Positions 23,541 to 35,020 of a stretch of 64,000 bases of DNA are shown one piece after another. The notes under the pieces were generated by a model. It did not search any database and was not told the DNA's origin. It worked only from the letters and a program-made list of their open reading frames with translations. Positions within the stretch are counted from its first letter, which is position 1. Every line of letters starts with the position of its first letter. The DNA comes from Lama glama (Eukaryota). The position numbers were made by a program, and so were the translations under genes. Location of the stretch: contig CM052816.1 in NCBI GenBank assembly GCA_028534125.1, forward strand, positions 33,358,001-33,422,000, given 5' to 3'.

Positions 23541-24329
23541 GGACTCTACCATTGCTGTTCCATGTTTCTTATAAAATAGATGACATTTAGAAATCCTTTG
23601 AGATTTGGAAAACTTTCTCTTTTCTGAAGTACCAAAGAATACTTTGATCAGAAAATAGTTGCTTTTTCTTTCATCACATTCTCTTTTGCTTTGTTTGGCA
23701 AAAAGTTCAGCGAAAAAGAGGTTTCATTTACAATAACTAGCCTAATTCAGAAATATTTACATCTCCTTCTCCCTACATAGAAAATTTTTTCCCACTTTAA
23801 TAGCTTTATTTTGTATGTATTTTTATTTAATTTGCCACAACTCTTCTTCCCAAGAAGATGCAATGTAAGTTACAGAAAGTTAGGATATGTTATATACTAG
23901 TCATCTTCACCCTTGAAACAGGTCTAAGTAAAATATGGATGGAAATTGCTATATATGTGTTCATAATTTATGGTAAGAATGTTTAGAAGTTAGAAAAGGA
24001 ACAAGGTTTGTGGCACTTAGTATTTGAAACATTCTTACTATAATATTTTTCCCAATTGTAAAATAAAGAATTTCTATGATAAATAGTATTTATCATTGAT
24101 AAAGAGCTGCATTTCAAAGCCTGTTGTTTTGCTTGTGGTCAATTCTTCTGGATCTTTGGTGGTTCTTCAAGAGCCACCCCTGGGTGCTGCTCTGGATCCT
24201 TTCCCGTGCCCTCCCCCACCTCCCCAGAGACAATGCCCTACCAGTCCTGTCTTTTCTTCCACCTCTCTCCTGCTATTTCCTTTTTCACCACAGAAATATC
24301 TCCAGACCCGCCACCCCTCCTCATCCTCA

Positions 24330-24610
24330 GGACTCAACTGTAATTCCTCAGGGAGGCTGTACCTGCCCTTCCAAATTAATAACTCTCTTACATGTGCACT
24401 CTTAAAAGTTCTCACTGATGCCTCCTATTTTCCTTTACAGCATGTCTGTTTCTTTGCAGCTTTATGTTAAGGATGTCTCCCTCACTAGACTGACAACTCC
24501 ACAAAGACAGGAAAACTTTTACCTGGTTCCCAGATATTTACTTTCCTGTACAGTGCCTACACTGAATATACACTCAATAAATACTTTTGAATGATTAATA
24601 AATCAATCAA
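24330..24610 (+). mobile_element. L2 3' end
   Basis: tgtctccctcactagactgacaactccacaaagacagg...cagtgcctacactgaatatacactcaataaatacttttgaatga. Confidence 0.75.
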
Positions 24611-26550
24611 CTTTCCTATAGACATGTATGTTATTCTACTTTTTAGTTATTAACTTGTAGATATTCAAAGGATGATGGTAATATGCACCTTTTATTCATT
24701 TGCCATTATTAATCTGTCAGAAGTTTAACTTTTTGGCCTTACATTGTAGCAATATATTTCCATAGCAACATCACTTCAATACATTCAGCTGAAGTAAGGC
24801 TCAGCACCTATGTGTTTATGAAACATATACTTATTGGATAATAATACTTAGTCAACTCAGAGATACTCACTGAGTATCAGATGAGTAAGATTTACAGCAT
24901 CACTTTGAGAAAAGCTAAAACCCAGTAAGAACATTTAAGGTCAGGCAAAAGGGTTTCACCTTCAAAATGACATTTTGAATAATTGCATGATTATTTTTTT
25001 CTTCTGTAGTGGCATTATTTTGATAGCTACGGATGAATTAATTTCTTCACATTCTTTGAAGTTGATCTGAATATTCAATACAACATATGCCTCAGGGGAC
25101 TTTGGGGAAAAATATTTCAAAATTCATTTGTTAGTTTTCTCTTCAGTTTCCTTCATGTCTAAAACATTCATAAATTATACTGGCCATTGTAATAAAATGG
25201 AACTGAGTTGTCCAGCTATAATAACACATTAGTGAAGAGTCGGCAAGCCAAAAGGCCTCTGTTTATAACTGAAAGAGCCTTGCTGGACTCCAGTGGTGAG
25301 CTTGCAGAGGACTGGGCCCGCTGCTGTCTCTGCAGTAAGATTCCTATGTGAGCGCCATTATTTAAATTACAGGTGTGGTCTGAAGCGTCTGGATCAGGCA
25401 AAGCTTTGCCAGAAAATGCTTGCTGGAGTGGCAATGTCATGGGGAAAGACAGCAAGATGCTTTCACATCTCTTCTCATAGACAGGATAATTATGAATGTC
25501 ACTAGGTATGGAAACCTGGGATGTTAGGTTAGAGTAGTTGATAGGCGAAGAAGTCATTAAGAACAGTCAGACTCCAGTTCTTGTTTCTGATTTTGGTACG
25601 AGACTCCTGGGGTACAAAGTCAGAGTAGGGGAACATGGGTACTTGCAACAGGTTGGAAATTCATTTTTCTGTCTATTTATACATGTGCATGTCATAAAAG
25701 TCTAATAAGCGCATATTTTTAAGAATGCTCATCTATTTAATATTGGTGGAAAATATCATTTTACCTGTACTATTTTCCTTAGATTCAACTCCAAGTCTGA
25801 AATATTCACTTAAGACTTCAATAAATGCTTATCATTACTATCAATAGAAATTATTATTAAGTGAACAATTATTTTAAATTATGCATTATGCAAAAATTAA
25901 TGGAAAAAGTGATGGGTCCTGATTTAAGCACATAAATCACATGCTAACAGAATACAAAAAATAAAACTAATGTACATGTGATCTACAAATGAGTCAGTAT
26001 GTAAAATATATTTGTGTATAAAATTAGAGCAAGTGCATGTTGTAAGGCAACTTTGTGAGGGGCTATTGAGAATGTTTAGAGAGGATAAGACTGTAATAAC
26101 TTCATTCTCTTATGTATATGGTCAGATTTCAGGAAAGATGAGATTTTAAGAATGGATGCTATGGAAAGTTTTGACCAGTTAAATAAAGATGATATTCAGG
26201 AGACAATGCATAGCTTAAAAAAGGTCCAAAAATGATCTGCAGTTACAGCGAAAGAAGCAGCAAATACGTTTTTGTAATAAGAAAAAAAGAGATCAGGTTG
26301 GAGTACAAAAGAAACAACAGGAGCGCCTAGATCTGCACACTGTGGTCAAGCAGAGTATACAGAGTCTATCTGGAGACTGAACTCTCCATACTGTCCACAT
26401 GGGCAGGACTGAAGATAAATGTAGGCAACACTCCATCCTCAGGCAGAGATGAGCTTCTTTACAAGGATGAGAAAGCTGGAAACACTATTATGAGATGTCT
26501 ATGCTTTAGACTATAGTACATGACTTACATATAAATAAATAAAAAGAGCA

Positions 26551-26678
26551 GGGGAGGATACAGCTCAAGTGGTAGAGTGCTTGCTTAACATGCATGAGAT
26601 CTGGGGTTCAAACTCAGGTACCTTCTCTAAAAATGAATAAGTAAATATCCCTAATTACCTCCCACCACAAAAAAAAAA
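26551..26678 (+). mobile_element. tRNA-derived SINE, camelid Vic-1-like
   Basis: ggggaggatacagctcaagtggtagagtgcttgcttaacatgcatgagatctggggttcaaactcaggtacc with degenerate A and B boxes, then ctaattacctccc and an A10 tail. Confidence 0.85.
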
Positions 26679-27534
26679 CTCTAAAAAGTTAAGAGAGGAT
26701 ATTTGGGGTTTATTAGAAAAAGAAAGTTTTTGAATGCAAGTGAAATGTCTATTAAATATAACGAAGAGTGAAATTCTGTACATTTTCCTTAAGAAATGTT
26801 TACATACACGGATGTATAAATGGTTCCTTAATCATTTATGCATTAAAGTAGAATGTGCAATTTTTTTTTAAAAAGAAAAAAACCCCGAACGTATCTTACC
26901 ATTTGGTCTTTGAAAAAACTGCAATCACCAAAAGCTCAAATTCTCTTTTAGACAAAGATAATACTGCTGCTATGAATTCAGGGGGTGTCTAGACATGTAA
27001 TTAAACTCTCTCTATGGTCCTAACAAAAACTGTGTCATTGTGTAATGAAAGCTACTGCATAGTAATTTAGTTTAATTACAGCTATGCTGTGTTCGATGGG
27101 CTGTGTGTGGTTAATTGATAATGTCTCAGGAGTTGGTAGGAGGGAGTCTGAATCTCTTTAAAAATCTAACAGGACAAAGAAAAACCACTCATTAAAAAAA
27201 GAAAACGGTATTCTGACTACAGTTCTCCTACTGGGAAGAAAAATAATACTGTTATTCTGTATGAATTTGCTCAGAAAGTTTAGAACAAATATACTAAATT
27301 TAAGTGAGAACTTCAAAGTGAACACTCTTCTGTGTCATCTGCTTTGGAGACCTGCCACGATCATTGTCTTTATACTCAACCTCTACTCTATGATGCCTTC
27401 ATAACTGTCAACAGAATACATGAGAAATGCAGTATGTAACTACTATTTCCCCTGACCAGATCAACCGGCATAGTTAAGATTCACTGTGAGATCCATGGTA
27501 AATTTTAATCTGTAGAGCATCTCCAGGGTTGGAG

Positions 27535-28080
27535 GAATTGCCATTCCCCATCTAGAGGTGAAGATTAAATTCCTCCGTCTGAATCTGGTCTGTAACTTGA
27601 CTGGTAACCAACAGAATGCAGCGGAAGTGACATTTTTATGACTTCTGAGGTTAGATTATAAAAGTCAATGCAGCTTCTACTTTGTTTGCTAGATACTATT
27701 TTTAAGATTCCTGAGCTGCCATGTAAAAAGTCTGACTATCCTATGGCAGGGATGCTGTAAGAAAACTGGGAAACATGGAGAAGAAGCCAAGTATGGTTGT
27801 TCCAATTGACAGTCTCTGCTGAGGTCCCATGTGACAGACATCAACTGTCAGACACATGGGTGAAGACACCTTGAAATGATTTCCGCCTCGATCCATCAAG
27901 CTCCCAAACCTTTGAGACTTTCCAGCTGAGACTCCAGACACTATGAGCAGAGATAACCATCATTCCCACCATGCACTACTTGAAGTCTTGACCCAGAGAA
28001 TATACGAGCATAGTAAAATGGCTGTTTTAAACTAGTAGGTTTGGGGATAATTTGTTGCCACAGCCATAGTACCAGGAACA
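27535..28080 (+). mobile_element. MaLR LTR (MLT1F/G-like)
   Basis: ccaacagaatgcagcggaagtgaca...cctgagctgccatgtaaaaagtctgactatcc...ttttaaactagtaggtttggggataatttgttgccacagccatag...aaca. Confidence 0.8.
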
Positions 28081-28709
28081 CCTCATAATTCAGATTACAT
28101 ACCACCTCCTCTATGAAATCACCCTCTAATCTCACAAATAAAACAAGTATCATTTTCTCTACCCCTGCCCATAGCATTTTCTTCACATTCTTGTCTGTCA
28201 AAGTAAAAGATAAATTCCTTGAGAGTAGAGATTTCCTTATTCACCTTTTTATCCATGGACTTTAGGCAAAGGGCCTGATAAATTTGTGATGCGTGTTTGT
28301 GAAAATAATGTACGAAAGAAGGAGTGAATGAATGAATGACCAGAATTATGGGCTGAAGGCGGCTTTATGGCTGACAACAACAAATGCACACAAAATCCCA
28401 AGGAATAGCTAGAACTCACTCTGAGCTTTAGCTCATATTGGCACTTAATAAATGTTTATTAAATAAATAAAATGGTGGATCTACCTGAGCTGGGACAGGA
28501 ATCAGCTACTAATATCTTTGGGTTAGAACAGATGTCCTATGTCCAGCCCAATTTATATCCTGTGTGGCCCTGTGTTCAAGAAACAATGAGCTGAACTCAT
28601 CCTGCTCTCTGTTTTAGGTACTACCAGTAGCTGCCCTTGGACAGCAGGGTAGAAAGTGAAGCACAACATAACCCGATTAGTTCCATTTTGCCACACACAA
28701 CCAAATTTA

Positions 28710-30220
28710 CTTGAATACTGTAGGTCTACTAGTGGTGAATTCTACTAGGTTGTGTATGTCTAATGAAGTCTTTATTTTGCCTTTGTTTTTGAAAGCCATT
28801 TTCACTGAGTTCAGAACATCAGATTACTCCTTTTTTTCCCCCTTGCAATACTTTGATGATGTTACTCCACTGTCTCTTACTTGTATTATTTCTGATGAAT
28901 TTAATGTCATCCATATCTTTGTTCTTCTGGTATAACGTATTTTTTCCTATGGCTGCTTTTATGGTATTTTATTTATCTTTAGTTTTAAGAAAATTGAATA
29001 TGATGTCCTTTGGTATCATTTTCTTCATGTTCCTTGTGCTTTGGATTTGTTAAGATTTTTGGATGTGTGACTTTATCTGTTTCATCGTTTAGAAAATTGT
29101 GCATATTATTTCTTCAGATATAATTCTATTTCCTATCATTCTTCAATAACTCCAATTATATCCATATATTTAATAAACAATATACATGTATACCTGTTCC
29201 ATAACTTACTGGTATTTTGTTCATTTTGTTGTTTCTTTTCTGTGTTCCACCTTGATTTTTAATTCTGTGTCTTCAAGTTTACTTTCTTTTATTTTTGAAA
29301 CATCTAATCTGCTAATTCTATCCTGTGTATTTTTTTCATCTCAGATACTGTGGTTTTCATCTCTGGATACTTGATTTCAGTCTTTTTTTTGTACATCTTC
29401 TATGAGTCTATTTAACATCCTTAATCTTTCCTCTATCTTCCTGAATATATGGAGCGTAGTTACAATAACTATATTCATGTTTCTGTATACTATTTATTTC
29501 ATTTGTGCCATTTCTAAGTCTGTTTCTTCTGACTGACTTCTCTCCTGCTTTCATCCAGTCTCAGCCTGGATGTGCTTTTTGCATGCAACTCTCATAATTT
29601 TTGACAAGGCATGTTGTGATCTTATCTTGCTGGGTGCTGGGCAAATATAGATGTATTTGTGATCTTTTGGATGCAGTTAAGTTACACTACCTGAAAACCA
29701 ATTTGATCCCTTTGAGGTTTGCTTTTAAACTCTTAAATTCATCTACACTATTAGGAACAGAAACTCTTCCCATTCCCCTGTGAGCTACAAGTATCGTTCC
29801 CTCTAATCTGGTTCTTTCCTTGGCCTTGGGTTGTCCTCACATGCATGGGTTGATCAGTACCTAGCTGAAGACTTGTGGGGAAGGGGGACCTGCAGCTTCC
29901 CACAGATGGCCCTCAGTGAAGCTCTCTCCTCTCTGGTACTCTGCTCTGTGAACTCCAGCCTCCTTGGCCACTCAGATTCTCTGTTCTGTCTCCTCATCTC
30001 AGGAAGATGGCTGGGTTCCTCTTGTTTTCTCCCTCCCTCCACGGCAGCCTGAGAACTCTCTTCAGGCAACTGCAGGGCTCTTATTGTCTGTGCTCCCTTT
30101 TTCAGGGATCACTGGGGCTGCCTGATGTCCAATATCTGAAATATATGTTTCATATTTTTTGTTTGCTTCAGGGAAAAGTGCAAATTAGTTCCCTTTTACT
30201 CCATCTTGTCCAGAGCAGAC
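28710..30220 (-). mobile_element. Old L1 (L1MD/L1M4-like) 5' UTR/ORF1 region, antisense
   Basis: gtaggtctactagtggtgaattct...tttattttgcctttgtttttgaaag...ctccactgtctcttacttgtattatttctgatga. Long T-rich antisense ORF1 texture followed by a more GC-rich UTR-like part. Confidence 0.7.
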
Positions 30221-30829
30221 AATATCAACATTGTTCCAGATGCTTTAAACATTTAAAAAATACTATTTCACTTGATACCTGAAATTGGAATTATCCTTAG
30301 TGTGTGAGGCCACTTTGAACCTATTGCGACTACTGATATACCAATGAGTGTCATTAAAGCTGTTAAGGAAGAAAAGAAGGTTTCTTATAGCAAAGAAAAG
30401 TTAATTTCAACTTGTTTCTTTGTTAGAAAGAAATTCTTCCTGCTTTGTGGACCCATGGGAGTGCTTGAGAGTGGTACCAGATGTGACATAGATTCACAGT
30501 TATAGAGATATAAAGGAAAAGAATCATATGAAGTAAGTTAAAGAGATGCAACAGTGCTTGGCTTGGAAATAATACTCTTGATAATTCTTAAATGTATAAA
30601 ATAGTTGAATCATTATAGGCCATATTCCTTTCCAAGTAAAGATGAAGTACCCTTCTATCATATTCTACTATTTATTTGTTTATATAACTTATGAAATAAA
30701 TCGTTTAAGATTTATTGAAGCAAAATGAACACTTACCCAAATTAAAAAAAATAATGTTGTGTCAAATTGTAAAAAGACTATAATTCAATAAAAAATGTTT
30801 AAAAAAAAACAAACAATGAAAACCCTCTA

Positions 30830-30945
30830 AAGCTGAGGCTCAAAGAGGATAAGCAACTTGTCTCTGGTTGCACAGAGTGAAGTGGCAGAGCCAGGAGTTA
30901 AACCTCAGTCTGTTTGATTCCAGAGCTCATGGTGACAACCATAAA
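30830..30945 (-). mobile_element. MIR fragment
   Basis: ctgaggctcaaagaggataagcaacttg...gtggcagagccaggagttaaacctcagtctgtttgattccagagctcatg. Confidence 0.8.
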
Positions 30946-31519
30946 TGCTTTTTTCCCTTCGACTTGCTCAGGAACTGAGAAACCTGTAACAGAAGCAATG
31001 AGAACTTGGGACAAAGAGAGCCTCTGGACCATCTTAGCTTCCTCTCAAAGAGCTAAGTGCTGTGCAGTGAAACTTGAAGTCCATAGGAACAAGAGGAAGA
31101 AGCTGGGGTGATCAGGTCAGAGAGCTTTTTGGGGAAAAAACCCTCTAAATATATGAAAGGTATAACACAAATATATCACTAAAGCAACCTGCTTAAAAAT
31201 TGATATGAGGAATTAAATTGAAGGTTACTAATTTTCATATACTAGTAGAAACAGTTCATTTAGTAATTCAAATACTTCAGAGTGATGCTTCAGAAAATTA
31301 TAAAATAAATCAACTTTGCCTGTATATGCTGGTTGTTCAGAGATTATCTATACTCTATGACAATTATAAAATTTCTTGATCTTTAAAGATAAAAGTGATC
31401 AAATGATCTACTATGTTTTATAACATTTCATTTAAAGAAAAGAAAATAAAATTTTATCGAAACTCTAAAGGCTTCAATATGTTGAAGTTACTTCTAAGCT
31501 TACGTGGCTAAACACACTC

Positions 31520-32267
31520 AAAAACTAAAACTAAACACTCTAACCATATGATATAGCAATCACATTCCTTGATATTTAATTGAAGAAGATGAAAATTTAT
31601 GCCCACATCAAAATCCGTACATGGATGTTCACAGCAGCTTTATTCATACATGCCAAAACTTGGAAGCAACCAAGATATCCTTCAGTAGGTAAATGGATTA
31701 ACAAACTGGTACATCTAGACAATGTTATATTATTAAGAACCGAAAAGAAATGAGCTATAAAGCCATGAAAAAGACATGGGGAACCTTAACTGCATATTAT
31801 TAAGTGAAAGAAACCTGTCTGAAAAGGTGATCTATTGTATCATTCCAACTATCTGACTTTCTGGAAAGAGCAAAACTATGGAAAAAGTAAAGAGATCAGT
31901 GGTTGTCAGGGGTTGGGCTGAGGCAGGGGGGATTAATAGGTGGAGCACAGAGTAGATTCAGGGCAGTGAAAATACTCTGTATTATACCATAATGATGGAT
32001 ATATATCATTAAACATTTGCCCAAATCCATAGAATGTACAACACTGAGAGGAACTGTAATGTAAACTATGAACTTTGAGTGACTATGATTCAGTTATAAT
32101 AAATGTATCAGTCTGGTGAGACTTGTTGATAAGAGGGAGGCTATATATGTGTGGGGGTAGGGAGTATATGGGAACTCTCTGTACTTTCCCATCTGCACTT
32201 TTCCCCATTTTGCTATGAACGCAAACCTGCTCTAAAACAAAAACAAAAACAAAAACAAAACAAAAAC
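31520..32267 (+). mobile_element. L1MC-like 3' end with (CAAAAA)n tail
   Basis: gcagctttattcata...aaaacttggaagcaaccaagatatccttcagtaggt...gggagtatatgggaactctctgtactttcc...ctgctctaaaa, followed by an A-rich repeat. Confidence 0.85.
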
Positions 32268-32269
32268 TC

Positions 32270-33398
32270 CAAGTTTTGCTGATTATTCTAGATTTTATAA
32301 ACAGACGATCATGCATCTATGAACAAAGACAGCTTTTTATTTCCATTGCTTGTCTTACTGCATTAGCTAGAACTTTCAGTATAATGCTGAAAAGTCGTGG
32401 TGAGACTGGACATCCTTGACTTGCCCCTGATCTTAGAGGGAAAGCTTTAAGTTTCTCACCATCAAATATAATATTATCTGTAGGTTTTCTGTAGATATTC
32501 TTTATCAAATTGAAAAACGTCCCTTCTATTACTAGTTTACTGGCAATTTTAAAAATTATGAACGGGTGTTGGATTTTGTCAAATGTTTTTTCCGCATCTG
32601 TTGATATGATCTTGTCATTTTTCTTTTTAGCCTGTTGATGAGATGAATTACATTAATTGATCTGCAAATGTTGAATCAGCCTTACATACCTGGAATAAAC
32701 CCCACTTTTTCATTGTGTATGATTCTTTTTAATACATTGTTGGATTTAATTTGCTACTATTCTGTTGAGGATTTTTGCTTCTATGTTCATAAGAGATATT
32801 TGTTTGCAATTTTCTTTTCTTGTAATGTCTTTGGTTTTGGCATTAGGATAATGCTGGCCTAACAGAATGAGTTAGAAAGTACTCCTTTTTGATTCTATCC
32901 TCTTAAAGATATTGTAGAGAATTGGTAAAAAAATTATTCCTTAAATGTTTGGTGAAATTCACCAATGAGCCCACATAGGATTGGTGCTTTCTATTTTGAA
33001 AAGTTATTATTTATCCAATTTCTTTAACAGATATGAACCTATTCAGACTGTCTATTTCTTCTTGCTTGAATTTTGGAAAATTGTGCCTTTCAAGAAATTA
33101 GTCCATTTTGTCTAGGTTATCAACTATGCTGGCATACAGTTTCTCATAGTATTCCTTTATTATCCCTTTACTATTCATAAGATCTGTAGTGATGTCCCCT
33201 CTTTCATTTCTAATATTAGTAATTTGTGTCCTCTGACCCTACTATTTTTTATTAGCCTGGCTAGAGGCTATTGACTTTATTGATCTTTTCAAAAAACCGG
33301 CTTTTGGTTTCACTGATTTTTTTCTATTGATTTCTTGTTTTCAATTTCATTGATTTCTGCTCTAAAGCTTATTACTTCTTTTCTTCTTTTTACTCTGG
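32270..33398 (-). mobile_element. L1 ORF2 (reverse transcriptase) fragment, decayed
   Basis: ORF 32317-32508 reads [52 protein letters not shown] (L1 RT). A frameshifted remnant of the SLFADDMI motif lies near 32305-32330. Confidence 0.9.
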
Positions 33399-34764
33399 AG
33401 TACTTAAAATAATTTGTTATGAATTTTCAAGTAATTCATACCTGAATATAAGTTTTTTGGGGGTAATTTCAGGAATTCATGTATTAAAAATACAAAAAGT
33501 TTTATCATTCCATTGAACACCACATTATTCTTCAAACTGCTGCTATTGTCAATTCAGGTTAAATGACACTGTATTTATTTAATGTTTTTAATTGTTAAAT
33601 GACATTCCTTCAGAACTCATATGAAGAATCTCAGTCAAAATTCCTGAGGTGATATTAAGGTAGGAATCTAATATCAAAACCAAAATCAAATCAGTGCATC
33701 TCAATACATTGTCCATTCCATGAAAATTCCATATTAATATAAATGTGGTTTCTGGTGCTTATGAGAAATAAGATTTTAATTACATGCAAATCTAGTAAGT
33801 TATTTAATAAACTCGACAATGCAAAAAAATCGTATGCATACTGTATTGGTTATACTGTCATAACAAACCATTCTAATTCCTTTTAACCTATCTCACCATT
33901 CCTGGATATTCAAGAAAAGCTGGATGAATGAATGAATGAAGAAAGTCCTCAATTCTGCCAAACTGAGCTCTTTTAGTCTACTGCTTGACTTGCCCTTGAG
34001 GGGAAAAAAGGATTCAGTCTACAAAATGTCAAAGGAGGAGCTGGTAGATGCTTTCATTCTGAAAGCATAGGGAGCTGCTATTGGAGAGTCAGCCTGGTCA
34101 TCAGCATGCCAGGTAAGACCAATCTGAATAATCAGCACGTGAGTGCTGCACTATCTTTATCATCCATAAAACTGGCATAAAAGGGCAACTACTTGTGAAG
34201 AAATCCAATAATTAAATGGACGTTGAATTTGGCTACAAAGAATTGAATACGTCTTCTACCTAGTTTCTTACTAGTGACTTACATCAGGGATGTTCAACTT
34301 TTGATACAACCACCATTTTGGATATTGACAAGTGACAGAGTTGACTGCACGTGGAAAGAGTTTCCTCTGTGGAGCTATCATTATTTCCACCTACTTTTGT
34401 CCTAAAAAGAATAGAATATGCATTTACACATATTCTTAAATTATTAGAGACAGATTTAATGTTTTAATTATAGCATGTAAAGTGATTCTCTCTCATTACG
34501 TCAAGTAAGCTGTTTTCAAGAACTGAATCCAAGAGTAAAAACATAGAGGCAAATATAAACAGGCACACCTGCTGCAATGCACCTGTGTCTTAAAAAGTGT
34601 GACTCTCCCTGCTATGTGACCTTTGAAATGGCAGTATCTCACTTGTCACACTTCAGTGTTAGCCTTTGAATTTCTGCCATCCTTGGGTTTCCTGTCTGGT
34701 CATCTATGTCTCTAACTTTGGGCCCAGCATAATAGTCTACAGCAGATACAGTAGAGGAAGATAG

Positions 34765-35020
34765 GCTGCAGAAGGATTAAGAGCATAAAATCTGAAGTCA
34801 ATTTTTATTTTGTGTTCTAAGCCTGATTCTGCCATAAACCAGCTGTGTGATCTTTAAAAAATTACCTAACCTTTCTGAGTCTCAGTTTCTTTGCCTATGA
34901 AAGTGATGTAATGAGACTGATAGCCTTATAGGTATGAAGTTTAAGTAAAATAATGTGCATAAAGCTTTTAGCAAAAGCTTGGTCCACAGTAAGTGCTTAA
35001 TAACACATGGTAGTGATGGC
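34765..35020 (+). mobile_element. MIR SINE
   Basis: ccagctgtgtgatcttt...ttacctaacctttctgagtctcagtttcttt...cacagtaagtgcttaataa. Confidence 0.85.

Noticed and set aside
26551..26625. tRNA gene
   Set aside because: The boxes are degenerate, the stems are disrupted, and it continues into a SINE body and A-tail.
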